This document shows positions 37,090 through 47,112 of a stretch of 64,000 nucleotides of DNA, in pieces; the first letter of the stretch is position 1, and each line of letters opens with the position of its first letter. Source of the DNA: Lentisphaeria bacterium (GTDB lineage Bacteria; Verrucomicrobiota; Lentisphaeria; JABSQK01; JAWLHB01). The stretch lies in the NCBI GenBank assembly GCA_041690595.1, contig JAWLHB010000024.1:1-64000 (forward strand). The letters are read 5' to 3'. The translations under genes and the position numbers were made by a program. The notes under the pieces are model-generated. The model worked only from the letters and a program-made list of their open reading frames with translations. It searched no databases and had not been told where the DNA came from.

Positions 37090-40000
37090 ATGCCTGCTGA
37101 ATTTGTCCATCTTCACGTCCATACCGATTACAGCATGCTCGACGGCGCCTGCAAGATCAGCAAGCTCGCCGACCTGGCCGAAGCGCAGAACATGAAGGCC
37201 ATGGCGATCACCGATCATGGTAATATGCACGGCGTCTTCGAGTTCTTTTCGACCATGAAGAAGCGCGGCATCAAGCCGATCTTCGGTTGCGAGTTCTATA
37301 TGGCGCCCGAGAGCCGCAAAGTACGCGACCCGAAGCATGCGCGATATCACCAGTTGCTCTTTGCCAGGGATTTTGCCGGCTATCAGAATCTCTGCCGCCT
37401 GAACGCGAAGGCGCACCTCGAGGGTTTTTACTTCAAGCCGCGGATCGACAAAGAGGCGCTGGCGGAGCATGCGGAGGGACTGGTAGGGACGACTTCGTGC
37501 ATAGGTGGCGAGATTCCTTCGATCATCCTCGAGGGTGATCTGGAGAAAGCCAGAACCGTAATCGACGACTATGTGCAGATCCTGGGAAAGGAGAACTTCT
37601 TCCTCGAGCTGCAGGATCACGGGATGGGCGAGCAGCGGAAGGTGAACAGCGCGCTTATCAAGTTCGGCAAGGAGCTTGACCTCCCGGTGATGGCAACCAA
37701 TGACGTGCATTATCTGACGCGTGAACACGCGAAGTCGCATGAGGTCCTGCTCTGCATCGGGACACAGAAGACGATGCAGGACGGCAATCGCATGCAGTTC
37801 CCTTCGGCCGACTTCTACCTCAAGAGTCCGGAAGAGATGGCCAGCATCTTCAGTGAAGTACCCGCCTCACTCAGCAATACCCTGACGATTGCCGAGATGT
37901 GCAACGTGGAGTTGACCACGGGAGTCAACCATTATCCCGTTTATGATCCTCCCGATGGATCCGATCGTGAGGAATACATCCTCGAACAATGCAAGCTAGG
38001 ACTCGTCGAACGGTATCAGATCGACCTGTACAAGACTGCGCAGGATCAGCTGCCTCCAGAGCAGCGGCGCGTGGTCGAACGCATGCAGTACGAGTTGGAC
38101 GTGATCCGGCGCATGGGGTTCACCAGCTACTTCCTCGTCGTGTGGGATTTTCTTGCCTTTGCACGGAAGCAGGGCATTCCCATCGGGCCGGGGCGCGGCA
38201 GCGGTGCGGGCAGCATCGTCGCCTATCTGCTCCATATCACCGATATCGAGCCACTGGCTTACAATCTGCTCTTCGAACGATTCCTGAATCCTGAGCGGGT
38301 CAGCCCCCCCGATTTCGACATCGACCTCTGCGAGCGCCGCCGGGGCGAAGTCATCGAGTACGTGCGCGACAAGTATGGCCATGACAACGTGGCGCAGATC
38401 GGCACCTTCGGAACGCTGAAGGCAAAGGCCGTCATCAAGGATGTGGCGAGGGCCCTTGGGCGCAGCTTCGACGAGGGCAATCGCCTCACGAAGATGATTC
38501 CGGCGGATCCCAAGATGACTCTGGATAAGGCGCTCGACGAGGTGACGGAACTGCAGGATGCGCAGGCAAGCGAAGACTGGATTCGTGAGGTAATCGACTA
38601 TGGGCGCAAGCTTGAAGGGTTGAACCGCAACACCAGCATTCATGCCGCCGGCGTGATCATCGGCGACCAGCCCCTGACCAACCTGGTCCCGCTGGCGCGC
38701 GGGCAGAACGAAGAGGTCGTTACCCAGTTTCCAGCAGGACCATGCGAAGATCTTGGCCTGCTCAAGATGGACTTCCTCGGATTGAGTACGCTGACGATCA
38801 TTCAGGACGCGTGCGACTGGGTAAAGAAGGCGCGCGGCATCGACATTACGCCCAGCGGCATATCCTTTGAGGATGAAGCCACCTACGCGCTCCTGAACCG
38901 CGGCAAGACGGTCTGCGTGTTCCAGCTCGAATCTTCCGGAATGCAGGAGCTTTGCCGTCGCTTCAGCGTTGATCGCATCGAAGACATCATCGCCTTGATC
39001 GCGCTCTACCGCCCAGGTCCGCTGCAGTTCCTTGACGACTTCATCGAGCGCAAGATGGGTCGCACGAAGGTGGACTACGACGTACCGGTCATGCGGGAGA
39101 TCCTGCAGGAGACCTACGGTATCATGCTCTACCAGGAGCAGGTGATGCAGGTGGTCCAGCAGGTCGCCGGTTTCTCGCTGGGGCAAGCCGATATCCTTCG
39201 CCGCGCCATGGGCAAGAAAAAAGCCGATGTCATGGCCGAGCAATACTCGAAGTTCGAGGAAGGTTGTGCCGGCAAAGGGGTGGACAGCAAGACCGCGCGC
39301 AGCATCTGGGACAAGATCGAGACCTTCGCTGGCTATGGATTCAACAAGTCGCACAGCGCCGCCTACGCCTTCCTCGCCTATCAGACGGCCTTCCTGAAGG
39401 CGAACTACCCCGTCGAGTTCATGACGGCAAACCTGACCAACGAGATGGGCAGCGCGGAGCGTGTGTCAACGCTGATTGGCGAGTGCCGCGACATGGGCAT
39501 ATCCGTCTATCCACCCGACATTCAGGTGAGCGAAATGGACTTTACGGTGGATGGCGATTCCATCCGCTTTGGTCTTGCCGCCATCAAAGGAGTGGGCGGA
39601 TCGGCAGCCGAGGCCATTCTGAAGGCGCGCAGGGAGGGTCCATTCACCTCCCCACAGGACCTGTGTGAGCGGGTCGGTTCGGCGATGTCGAAGCGGCTCA
39701 TGGAAAGCCTCTGTCAGTGCGGAGCGTTCGACTGTTTCGGCTTGAAGCGCTCGCAACTCTTTGCGATGATCGAGGACGTGATCGAACGCGCCCACCAATC
39801 CGTCAAGGATCGGGAACGAGGGCAGGAAAACTTCTTTGACATGCTGGCAGGCGACGACGATGACGGGATCGAGCTGCAGGCGCCGGATCTGCCGGAGTGG
39901 GATCAGCAGTTGCGCCTGAACAACGAAAAGGAACTTCTTGGTTTCTACGTCACCGGTCATCCGCTGGACGACTGCAAGGAGACCATTTCGCGCTACAGTC

Positions 40001-40599
40001 GCTTCAGCCTGCAATCGCTTGGAACACTTTCAGAAGACCAGGGGGTGCGGGTTGGCGGCCTGATCACCTCCCTGCAGATCAAGCACTCCCGCAAGGACGG
40101 GCGCCCCTGGGCCATCATCGTGCTGGAAGATCTTGAAAGCTCACTGGAATGCCTGGCCTTTTCGGATTCTTACGCCAATTGCGCACACGCAATTGTGGCG
40201 GATTCTCCGGTCTTTATCGAAGGATTCGTGTCGCGCCGGGACGGCGAGGAGAAGCCCAAGATCGTGGTGCAGGACGTCATTCCCATGGCCGAAGTGCCGC
40301 AGCGTTTCACCAAGGAACTGCTGATCGGCATCGCTGAGGATGACATCCACAACGGCACGTTGAATGAGCTTCGCGATGTGCTGCACATGCATCCCGGCGA
40401 GACGTCCGTTGTGCTGCGCATTGCCTGCGCCAACGGCGACTTTGCCTTCGTCGAGGCCTCCAAGCGCTACTGGGTCCGCTACGACAAGAAGGTGGTGACG
40501 GCGATCAAGGATCTGCTGGGAGACGTCTGGATGAAAGCGACACCCGTGACGGAGCTGCCATTTCGGGAGCGGCGCCGGTGGAACAACAACAGCGACTGA
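37090..40599 (+). CDS. dnaE: DNA polymerase III alpha subunit
   Basis: FVHLHVHTDYSMLDG PHP domain, GPGRGSGAGS, FERFLNPERVSPPDFDID, LLKMDFLGL, YGFNKSHS, clamp-binding-like QENFF, OB fold. Confidence 0.99.
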   Translation: MPAEFVHLHVHTDYSMLDGACKISKLADLAEAQNMKAMAITDHGNMHGVFEFFSTMKKRGIKPIFGCEFYMAPESRKVRDPKHARYHQLLFARDFAGYQNLCRLNAKAHLEGFYFKPRIDKEALAEHAEGLVGTTSCIGGEIPSIILEGDLEKARTVIDDYVQILGKENFFLELQDHGMGEQRKVNSALIKFGKELDLPVMATNDVHYLTREHAKSHEVLLCIGTQKTMQDGNRMQFPSADFYLKSPEEMASIFSEVPASLSNTLTIAEMCNVELTTGVNHYPVYDPPDGSDREEYILEQCKLGLVERYQIDLYKTAQDQLPPEQRRVVERMQYELDVIRRMGFTSYFLVVWDFLAFARKQGIPIGPGRGSGAGSIVAYLLHITDIEPLAYNLLFERFLNPERVSPPDFDIDLCERRRGEVIEYVRDKYGHDNVAQIGTFGTLKAKAVIKDVARALGRSFDEGNRLTKMIPADPKMTLDKALDEVTELQDAQASEDWIREVIDYGRKLEGLNRNTSIHAAGVIIGDQPLTNLVPLARGQNEEVVTQFPAGPCEDLGLLKMDFLGLSTLTIIQDACDWVKKARGIDITPSGISFEDEATYALLNRGKTVCVFQLESSGMQELCRRFSVDRIEDIIALIALYRPGPLQFLDDFIERKMGRTKVDYDVPVMREILQETYGIMLYQEQVMQVVQQVAGFSLGQADILRRAMGKKKADVMAEQYSKFEEGCAGKGVDSKTARSIWDKIETFAGYGFNKSHSAAYAFLAYQTAFLKANYPVEFMTANLTNEMGSAERVSTLIGECRDMGISVYPPDIQVSEMDFTVDGDSIRFGLAAIKGVGGSAAEAILKARREGPFTSPQDLCERVGSAMSKRLMESLCQCGAFDCFGLKRSQLFAMIEDVIERAHQSVKDRERGQENFFDMLAGDDDDGIELQAPDLPEWDQQLRLNNEKELLGFYVTGHPLDDCKETISRYSRFSLQSLGTLSEDQGVRVGGLITSLQIKHSRKDGRPWAIIVLEDLESSLECLAFSDSYANCAHAIVADSPVFIEGFVSRRDGEEKPKIVVQDVIPMAEVPQRFTKELLIGIAEDDIHNGTLNELRDVLHMHPGETSVVLRIACANGDFAFVEASKRYWVRYDKKVVTAIKDLLGDVWMKATPVTELPFRERRRWNNNSD

Positions 40600-40616
40600 A
40601 GGGGAGGAAGTGAAGC

Positions 40617-41165
40617 ATGCGGCTCTTGACCACCCGCGACGGAAGAAGTCTGGAGGTGGCGCATTACGGCCACTCGCACAAGGAAGCGCTCAGAGCCTTT
40701 GGCGACGGGCTTTCAGATCGCTCGCGCCACCTGTTCACCCCCCACCGCTATGACGATGCAACGTTGACTGAACTTGCGGCGCGCAATGAGCGCGGGGAAG
40801 ACCTGACCCTGATAGCGCTCGAGGGCGAACGAATCGTGGGATACTACTTCCTCTGGTACACCAAACGCCCTGTGGCACTTCTGGGTATCGGCTTTGCGGA
40901 CGAATTTCAGAGTCAGGGGCTGGGGCGACAGGCGATGGCGCAGCTGGTCGAGGCCGGTCGGGAGCTGGGCCTGGACGGTATTGAACTGACGACCGATCTG
41001 ACCAACGACCGGGCATACGCCCTCTACCAAAGCTTCGGCTTCCGCTACCTTCGGGACGTGAAGAATGTGGTGGGCGACGGTTCGATCCGCATCGAGCGGG
41101 CCATGTTCCTGGCGTTGAAGGATGGTGCCGAACCCATGCAGGAAGAGCACGCACCCCCAGTATAG
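40617..41165 (+). CDS. GNAT N-acetyltransferase
   Basis: FQSQGLGRQ acetyl-CoA motif; NDRAYALYQSFGF. Confidence 0.9.
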   Translation: MRLLTTRDGRSLEVAHYGHSHKEALRAFGDGLSDRSRHLFTPHRYDDATLTELAARNERGEDLTLIALEGERIVGYYFLWYTKRPVALLGIGFADEFQSQGLGRQAMAQLVEAGRELGLDGIELTTDLTNDRAYALYQSFGFRYLRDVKNVVGDGSIRIERAMFLALKDGAEPMQEEHAPPV

Positions 41166-41280
41166 TACCGCGCGGTGGAAGTCTTTCTGCGTTCCCAGAT
41201 AAGGGCTCGCATTCGCCTTGGACTCCTACGCCCAGATTGCCGAAAGACTTCCGCCGCGCAGTGGTAGCGCACCTGATCGT

Positions 41281-43548
41281 CTATCCCTGGCCGTCCGTGA
41301 AGGCGGTGATGTGAAAGTCGACGCAGACGCGCGTGACCGGTGCCACGGTGGCGTAACGAAGATGGTTCGAGATGGGACGGCTGCTGGAATAGCTGTAGAC
41401 CTGATCGATCTTGCTGACGGTAGCGGTCAGCTCGGCGTCCATGGTCACGGGCTGCACCTTGAGCGGCGGCGGGCCGGCAATGTGACCGGTCAATCCCTGG
41501 ACCGAGACGCCGTAGGTTTGGTCAGCATGAAAGAGCCAGGTCAGCCGATGGGGCTCGCGCAGCAGCACGGTGTCGCGAACCAGCAGATGACAGCCGGTCA
41601 GGATGTGGAAATCACGGAAGTAGGAGATCAGATCCAGGCTGCCGGGATACGCAGGTGCCAGATCCAGGCGGACAAAACCCGTGCCAGCGGCAGCATCCCA
41701 TTCAACCTTGCGAATCTCCTCCCCGTGATCAGGATAGCTGGGTATGGACATGGGATAGCCGATGTCGCCGATCTGTCCCTGGTCATCGATCAGCATGACG
41801 CTCCCGGCGGCTGTCTGCAGCCTGTAGCCGCTGTCGGCGGCGGCCACCAGTGGCATTCCGTTTATGAGGAGCAGAAAATCACCGGCAGTGGGAGCCATGG
41901 TCATGCGGTCGCAGGGGCCGGGCGCCCGCCGATAAGCGGTATAGCCACACCATGGCCCGCACTGGATCTTGAGCGAGACGTCGAGCTGGTCATCGCGGAA
42001 GAGGACGAGGGCGGAGTCTTCATAATGCATGAGGCGGCGGTCGGGCGGCGCAGGGGGCGCCAGCAGCTTCGGCGTGCGTGCGTGGGCAAAGAAGGCGCGG
42101 AAACGGGTATGGTGATAGATCGTCCCCTGTGTTTGCATGTGATGGCTCTCATAGGAGCGGTCGAGCAGCAGCGCATGGATGCGCGCGGCTCGGGCATCCC
42201 CATACTTGGCGGCTATCTGGTTGAAGAAAGTCACACCGCCATTGAGGGAGAAGAGTCCGAGATTGAAGCTGGTCAGGCACTCGCGATCCGACCGTCGCAT
42301 GACGTCCCAGACGAAGTCGATGATACGGGCCACCGGAGCATCGTCGTAGATATCGTGCCCGCCAAGGGCGAGGAAAGTCTGACGGAAGACGCTGGCCTCT
42401 TCCATATAGAGATAGATGCTGACGTGGGAACTGCGGGGAATCACGCCATCCCTGGGCATGGCGCGCAGGCATTGCTGAAGTCGCGGCAGGATGTACCGCA
42501 GCCAGGTTTCGGCCTCGGGAAGAACCCCGTGAAGGCGCAGTGCCACGGTGCCGAAGAGCCACATCGAGCGCCATCCATGATCCTGCAGCACGGAGCCGCC
42601 CCAGTAGTCCCGGTTGAGCAGAGCCAGGGCAAAAAAGCGTTTGCCCTGAAGCAACAGCTTGTCGCGCACGGCGGCGTGACGCTCTTTGCCCATATCGCCG
42701 GCCATGGCATGCCAAGCCCACGAAACCACGTCGAAGAGCAGGGCCGCGCCCATGTCACCGTTGTGACCATAGCCGTCCGGCGCCTGGTTGCCCCAGTTCT
42801 CACGGGCGACCACATCATCAAGCAGGGAGATGGCGCGCCGCAGTGCGTCCTGGTTGCCGCGCAGGCGCCAGTCGGCATACAGGATCGGTATGTCCAGGGC
42901 GGCGACGGCCCTTCCGTCCGTGGCTTCCTCGCGCTGCATGGCCCAATCCATGGCGGCCGTCATGGCCCCGGCATACAGGCGCAAATCGCCGTCCAACTCC
43001 CGGCGCTTCCGATCCCAGTAGGCATCATCATTCCACTTCGACTCGGGCATGTTGCCCGCGGCGGGCTGCAACCCCTCGGGAACAGGTTCAAGATGATCGA
43101 CGGGATCCCGTTCGAGACGAGCGTCCAGCCAGATTGCCCCAGGATAGTTGTAGGGCTCCAGTTCGACGAGATGATCGCCATCGGCCGACAGATGGAAGGC
43201 CATGCGGCCGCGGAAGCGACGCGCCTCGATATCTTCGAGCGAAACGCGCTGGAAGTACCAGAGACCGATGCGTTCCCCATCGACTCGCACCCAGTAGGAG
43301 GGGACGAGCGCCTTGGCACTGCCCAGTTTGAAGTCCCACGGCCCGGTGCGCTGACCACTGTTGCCATAGTTGTAAAGATCTTCGTAGAGACTCTCCCAGT
43401 CGAAATCCTGACCATCGATCATGACCGAGAGCTGGTAGAGTCCAGCCTTCGCCTGGAAGGCGAGACGAATGCCGTCGCCATCCTGAGTCGGTTCCAAGGA
43501 AGAAAGGCGTTCATCAAACAGCGTGGCAACCGTGGCAAGTTTGGTCAC
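41281..43548 (-). CDS. Heparinase II/III-like (oligo)saccharide lyase-fold protein
   Basis: Helical core (YWGGSVLQDH) followed by a beta-supersandwich with KIQCGP, TAGDFLLLING, DSGY, LLVRDTV and TWLFH. The typical His motif is degenerate. Confidence 0.55.
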   Translation of the reverse strand: MTKLATVATLFDERLSSLEPTQDGDGIRLAFQAKAGLYQLSVMIDGQDFDWESLYEDLYNYGNSGQRTGPWDFKLGSAKALVPSYWVRVDGERIGLWYFQRVSLEDIEARRFRGRMAFHLSADGDHLVELEPYNYPGAIWLDARLERDPVDHLEPVPEGLQPAAGNMPESKWNDDAYWDRKRRELDGDLRLYAGAMTAAMDWAMQREEATDGRAVAALDIPILYADWRLRGNQDALRRAISLLDDVVARENWGNQAPDGYGHNGDMGAALLFDVVSWAWHAMAGDMGKERHAAVRDKLLLQGKRFFALALLNRDYWGGSVLQDHGWRSMWLFGTVALRLHGVLPEAETWLRYILPRLQQCLRAMPRDGVIPRSSHVSIYLYMEEASVFRQTFLALGGHDIYDDAPVARIIDFVWDVMRRSDRECLTSFNLGLFSLNGGVTFFNQIAAKYGDARAARIHALLLDRSYESHHMQTQGTIYHHTRFRAFFAHARTPKLLAPPAPPDRRLMHYEDSALVLFRDDQLDVSLKIQCGPWCGYTAYRRAPGPCDRMTMAPTAGDFLLLINGMPLVAAADSGYRLQTAAGSVMLIDDQGQIGDIGYPMSIPSYPDHGEEIRKVEWDAAAGTGFVRLDLAPAYPGSLDLISYFRDFHILTGCHLLVRDTVLLREPHRLTWLFHADQTYGVSVQGLTGHIAGPPPLKVQPVTMDAELTATVSKIDQVYSYSSSRPISNHLRYATVAPVTRVCVDFHITAFTDGQG

Positions 43549-44843
43549 ATCGAGTCTCCTTCAACGAGGAAGTCGCCAGTTGGCAGGCTGACGACAGTGC
43601 GGTCGCCGTGACGCATCAGCGAAAGGCTGATGCCCACGGGGACGGCGGTGATTTTCTGGATCGTGCCGGGCAGGAGCATTTCCTGGACCTGGCCGGTATA
43701 CTGGCGCAGCATGTAGTTGTTGCCGATACGGCGAAGGGACCAGCCGCGGCGATAGATGTCGCTGACCTCCTGGGTAGTCAGGAAGCGCACCTTGTCCTGC
43801 GCGGTGAGCATGTCGAGCAAGGCCTCGAGCTTCTGCAGACCGCGCACGGCATGTTCCTGATCGAGCGAGACATAGACACTTCGGTGGGTGCTGACGATAG
43901 CAGGCTCGCCATCGGCCCAGCAGCGGCGAATGGCGTCCGCCGCCACTTGCGCGGAGTCACTTTCGAAGTAGACGTTACGGCCCAGATAAATGACGTCGAT
44001 CTCGGGATCGTACGCGCCCATGGGGACGTAGGGGTTCTGGTTGTTCCAAGGCTTGGTGTGGTAAACAACGATCTCGCCACGGTTATTGCGGCTGTTCTTC
44101 AGGCAAACCGTGCGAATGCCGTTGAGTGCCCACACCACTTCAGTTACCGGATAGGCATCGCTGGTGACGGCGGCGGCGGGCTGATAGCCGAAAGCGGCTA
44201 CGAACCGCTTGACGCCGGACTCCACCCATGCATGCTGCTGGCGGACATTCATGGGCGTGTATTCGGGCAGATGCTTGCCCTGATAGTAGCACTCGCGGTC
44301 GAAGGACTCACGAGCCGCCCTGCCCTCTTCGCTGTCCTCGTTCAGCAACTCGAGCCAAAGCAAGGGGCTGGTATGGTGCAGATTGGAATGAAACTCGGGC
44401 GCAAAAACGCCCCGATCCATGCCATTGTGCCACTTCGCGATGAGGTCGCCGCGTCGCCAGGATGGGGGGAACCCTTCATCGATACCGATATCGGCATAAT
44501 CGTGGAAATCGTTCTCGCGGATGCGCTCAAAATCGGGATTACCGGTGGAGGTAAAGGCGGTGAAGACCGGGTGCTGACCGTCGACGCCGCGATATTGTTC
44601 GAGCGAGTCATAGAGACGCTCGAGATCATCGGGCGTTTCCAGAGTGCTGTTAATGGGGCCGCGAGCGCCATGTACACGTTCCCAGAGTGCCCCAAGCGCC
44701 ATGGCGTCTTCCTGATGACGAGCGACTTCACAGGCGCCCCAGTCATCGCTTTCGAAGACCACGGTCTTGTACTGGCCCCAGTCGATATCGTGGCGGCGCT
44801 TCCAGGAATGAGTGGTCAGGACTGTTCTTTCCGGATGCTGCAT
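43545..44843 (-). CDS. Polysaccharide deacetylase/glycoside hydrolase-like (NodB/YdjC-type barrel) protein
   Basis: VVFESDDWG, NPDFE.I, PEFH...H, PAIVSTHR. Confidence 0.6.
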   Translation of the reverse strand: MQHPERTVLTTHSWKRRHDIDWGQYKTVVFESDDWGACEVARHQEDAMALGALWERVHGARGPINSTLETPDDLERLYDSLEQYRGVDGQHPVFTAFTSTGNPDFERIRENDFHDYADIGIDEGFPPSWRRGDLIAKWHNGMDRGVFAPEFHSNLHHTSPLLWLELLNEDSEEGRAARESFDRECYYQGKHLPEYTPMNVRQQHAWVESGVKRFVAAFGYQPAAAVTSDAYPVTEVVWALNGIRTVCLKNSRNNRGEIVVYHTKPWNNQNPYVPMGAYDPEIDVIYLGRNVYFESDSAQVAADAIRRCWADGEPAIVSTHRSVYVSLDQEHAVRGLQKLEALLDMLTAQDKVRFLTTQEVSDIYRRGWSLRRIGNNYMLRQYTGQVQEMLLPGTIQKITAVPVGISLSLMRHGDRTVVSLPTGDFLVEGDSM

Positions 44844-44898
44844 CTTTATGATTCCCTGCCTGCGTTACGAGGAATGATCTTGCCGGCCCCCGCCCCCA

Positions 44899-45846
44899 TC
44901 ACGATGGCGGCTCCAGGTTTGCCAAGCGATGAGCCGTGGCGCGCGGCCAGTAATCATCCAGCACTTCGATCTCGAATTCCCGCGCCATCTCTCGCGCACT
45001 CACATCTTCCCGCTCACTCGTCAACAGGACACTGCCGAGGAGACCTGGATCGTAGATGACGACACCACGCCCATACTTCTGCTTTGCCGCCTCGAGCTTT
45101 TCCCCATTGTAGTCGTAATGGACGATGACACAGTCGAGATTGACATCGGCGGTGGCGGTCCTGCAATAATTTGTCGTACAGGCGAGGGTCTTGCCGACAG
45201 GATTGATGATGGAGCTGGGATGGGTGCCGAAGACGGAGCCGACAAAATGGGCACGGCAGCTGTAAGCCCAGTATTCCTGCATCATGCCGCCATGGTAGGC
45301 GGAGCAGAAGACAATCAGATCCGGCTGCAATGCCTTCACGCGCAGACGCAGCTCGTCGAAGTTGAGGTCGAAGCAGATTACGCAGGCGATCTTGCCAAAA
45401 TCGGTCTCAATGAGCTGACATTCGGCGCCGCAGAGGATGCCTTGGTCACGGTTCTCGCAGATGGTAGGGTAATTCTTGTGGTAGATGCCGGCGACATGGC
45501 CCTGGCGATCGAGAATCTGGGTGGCGTTTCGCAGAGTTCCATCATCCATGACACGAATAGCCGAATAAGCGATGTAGCAACTGTTCCTGGCGGCCACGTC
45601 GGCAAAGAAATCGCGCATGGCATCGCCGCGTTGCCGGTAGTAGTCAAGACGTTCGGTGGTCGAATGGTCGGCGAAGCGGTCACAGGCTTCGGGCAGCACG
45701 ATGAGATCCGGGCGATCGGGAATCACCGCATCGAGTTGACTCCGCCAAAGCTCCTGCATTCGGGTGATCGCGTCGGTGTGCGAGAGTCCCGCGGCCCCGA
45801 CAAACGGCGGGGGCGCAACCGTACTGATGGTGACGTGTCTGGCCAT
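44899..45846 (-). CDS. Carbon-nitrogen hydrolase (nitrilase superfamily)
   Basis: Catalytic triad motifs LIVLPE, YHKNYPT and ICFD. Confidence 0.92.
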   Translation of the reverse strand: MARHVTISTVAPPPFVGAAGLSHTDAITRMQELWRSQLDAVIPDRPDLIVLPEACDRFADHSTTERLDYYRQRGDAMRDFFADVAARNSCYIAYSAIRVMDDGTLRNATQILDRQGHVAGIYHKNYPTICENRDQGILCGAECQLIETDFGKIACVICFDLNFDELRLRVKALQPDLIVFCSAYHGGMMQEYWAYSCRAHFVGSVFGTHPSSIINPVGKTLACTTNYCRTATADVNLDCVIVHYDYNGEKLEAAKQKYGRGVVIYDPGLLGSVLLTSEREDVSAREMAREFEIEVLDDYWPRATAHRLANLEPPS

Positions 45847-46194
45847 GGGTTTTATCCTTCCTTGTGGTCGAAGTCTACACCATAGTACGTTCCCGCGACG
45901 ATACCAATACCAAAGAGATGAATGGCAGCCCGATTTGCCTGGATTTGGCAAGGAAGCCGTGAGGCCGCTACGGCGAAGCGGCAAGAGGTCCGCTACAGGT
46001 TGCCCCGATCACGAACTCAGTCCAGCAAGAATTCAAGAACAGCAGGCAAATTTTCTTCGAGAATCATGCGACATCCATTGCATATTTAGCGAAAGTTCTG
46101 TATATACTATAATGGGTGCAGCGGACGAAATAGTCGAATGGGGGCGATTCAGCCTTGCGACAACAAGCGCAAATCCTGCGACGGGACCAGATCT

Positions 46195-47082
46195 ATGGCG
46201 AACCTTCTTTATGTGACTGAAGAGGTGCTGAACAAGCTGCGACAGCACCCTGCCTATCTCTTTTGGAATGCAATCGTACAGAACACTCCCATTCGGATTG
46301 TGCCTCTGGAGGAACGATCGTTCCATCCCAGGCAACTGAAGATCGAGGAGAACCACATCTACCTCACGATCGACATGAAGTTCGCCTACTGCAGGGATAA
46401 GATGTTCAGCTTCATGTACGAAACACAGGATCTCTCCTTCCGTCTGCAGGCAAGCGAAGGCATCCTGCGAACGCTGGACAACAAGCAGTTTACGGCCATT
46501 ATCGGCAAGATCGCGATGGCCTGCTCGACCTCGGACGTCGAGTTGGTGAACACGGACAAAGTCTATCATCCTTTTTTCGATTCGGGCTTTTTCCACGACT
46601 TTCACGTGGGCCCCAGTACGGATGGGAAGTCGGGATTATCGGGCAGGAGTAAGGGCGAGCGCAAGCGTTCGAACGACAAGGTTGCCGAGCCCGAACCAGA
46701 GGATCCGCCCAGTGAGAAGGCTACGGAAAAGCTGGTTCTGGGCAAGTACAACAAACAGCTTTGCGACGAGACGGTCGGCTTCCGTAACACGTCCAAGAAG
46801 AGCTACAAATACCTGGCGGAGCGCTTCAACCTGACGCCGGCACAGGTGAAGGAAATCTGTACGCACTACAAGAACCTGGCTCAGGCGGCTGCGACCACTG
46901 ACATGACCCGGGAGACGCTCAGGTCGGTGCCCCAGGATATTCAGGACGAGATCGTACGCATGAAGAGGATTTCGAAAAAATCTTATCTCCATATCGCGGA
47001 GAAATTCGAGTTGCCTTTGACCACCATACAGGATATATGTGCGCAGTACCTGAAGCGGCCGCGCAAGCACCGCCTGTCGTAG
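46195..47082 (+). CDS. Hypothetical protein with two C-terminal HTH-like repeats
   Basis: Repeats ...SKKSYKYLAERFNLTPAQVKEICTHY and ...SKKSYLHIAEKFELPLTTIQDICAQY; upstream TATAAT at about 46108. Confidence 0.8.
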   Translation: MANLLYVTEEVLNKLRQHPAYLFWNAIVQNTPIRIVPLEERSFHPRQLKIEENHIYLTIDMKFAYCRDKMFSFMYETQDLSFRLQASEGILRTLDNKQFTAIIGKIAMACSTSDVELVNTDKVYHPFFDSGFFHDFHVGPSTDGKSGLSGRSKGERKRSNDKVAEPEPEDPPSEKATEKLVLGKYNKQLCDETVGFRNTSKKSYKYLAERFNLTPAQVKEICTHYKNLAQAAATTDMTRETLRSVPQDIQDEIVRMKRISKKSYLHIAEKFELPLTTIQDICAQYLKRPRKHRLS

Positions 47083-47112
47083 TTTTACCCTTTCCTGGTG
47101 GTGGCACTTCCG

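Noticed and set aside
41256..41276. tRNA-like GCGCAGTGGTAGCGCACCTGA
   Set aside because: It resembles a D-arm only; there is no acceptor stem or T-loop, and it runs into a CDS end.
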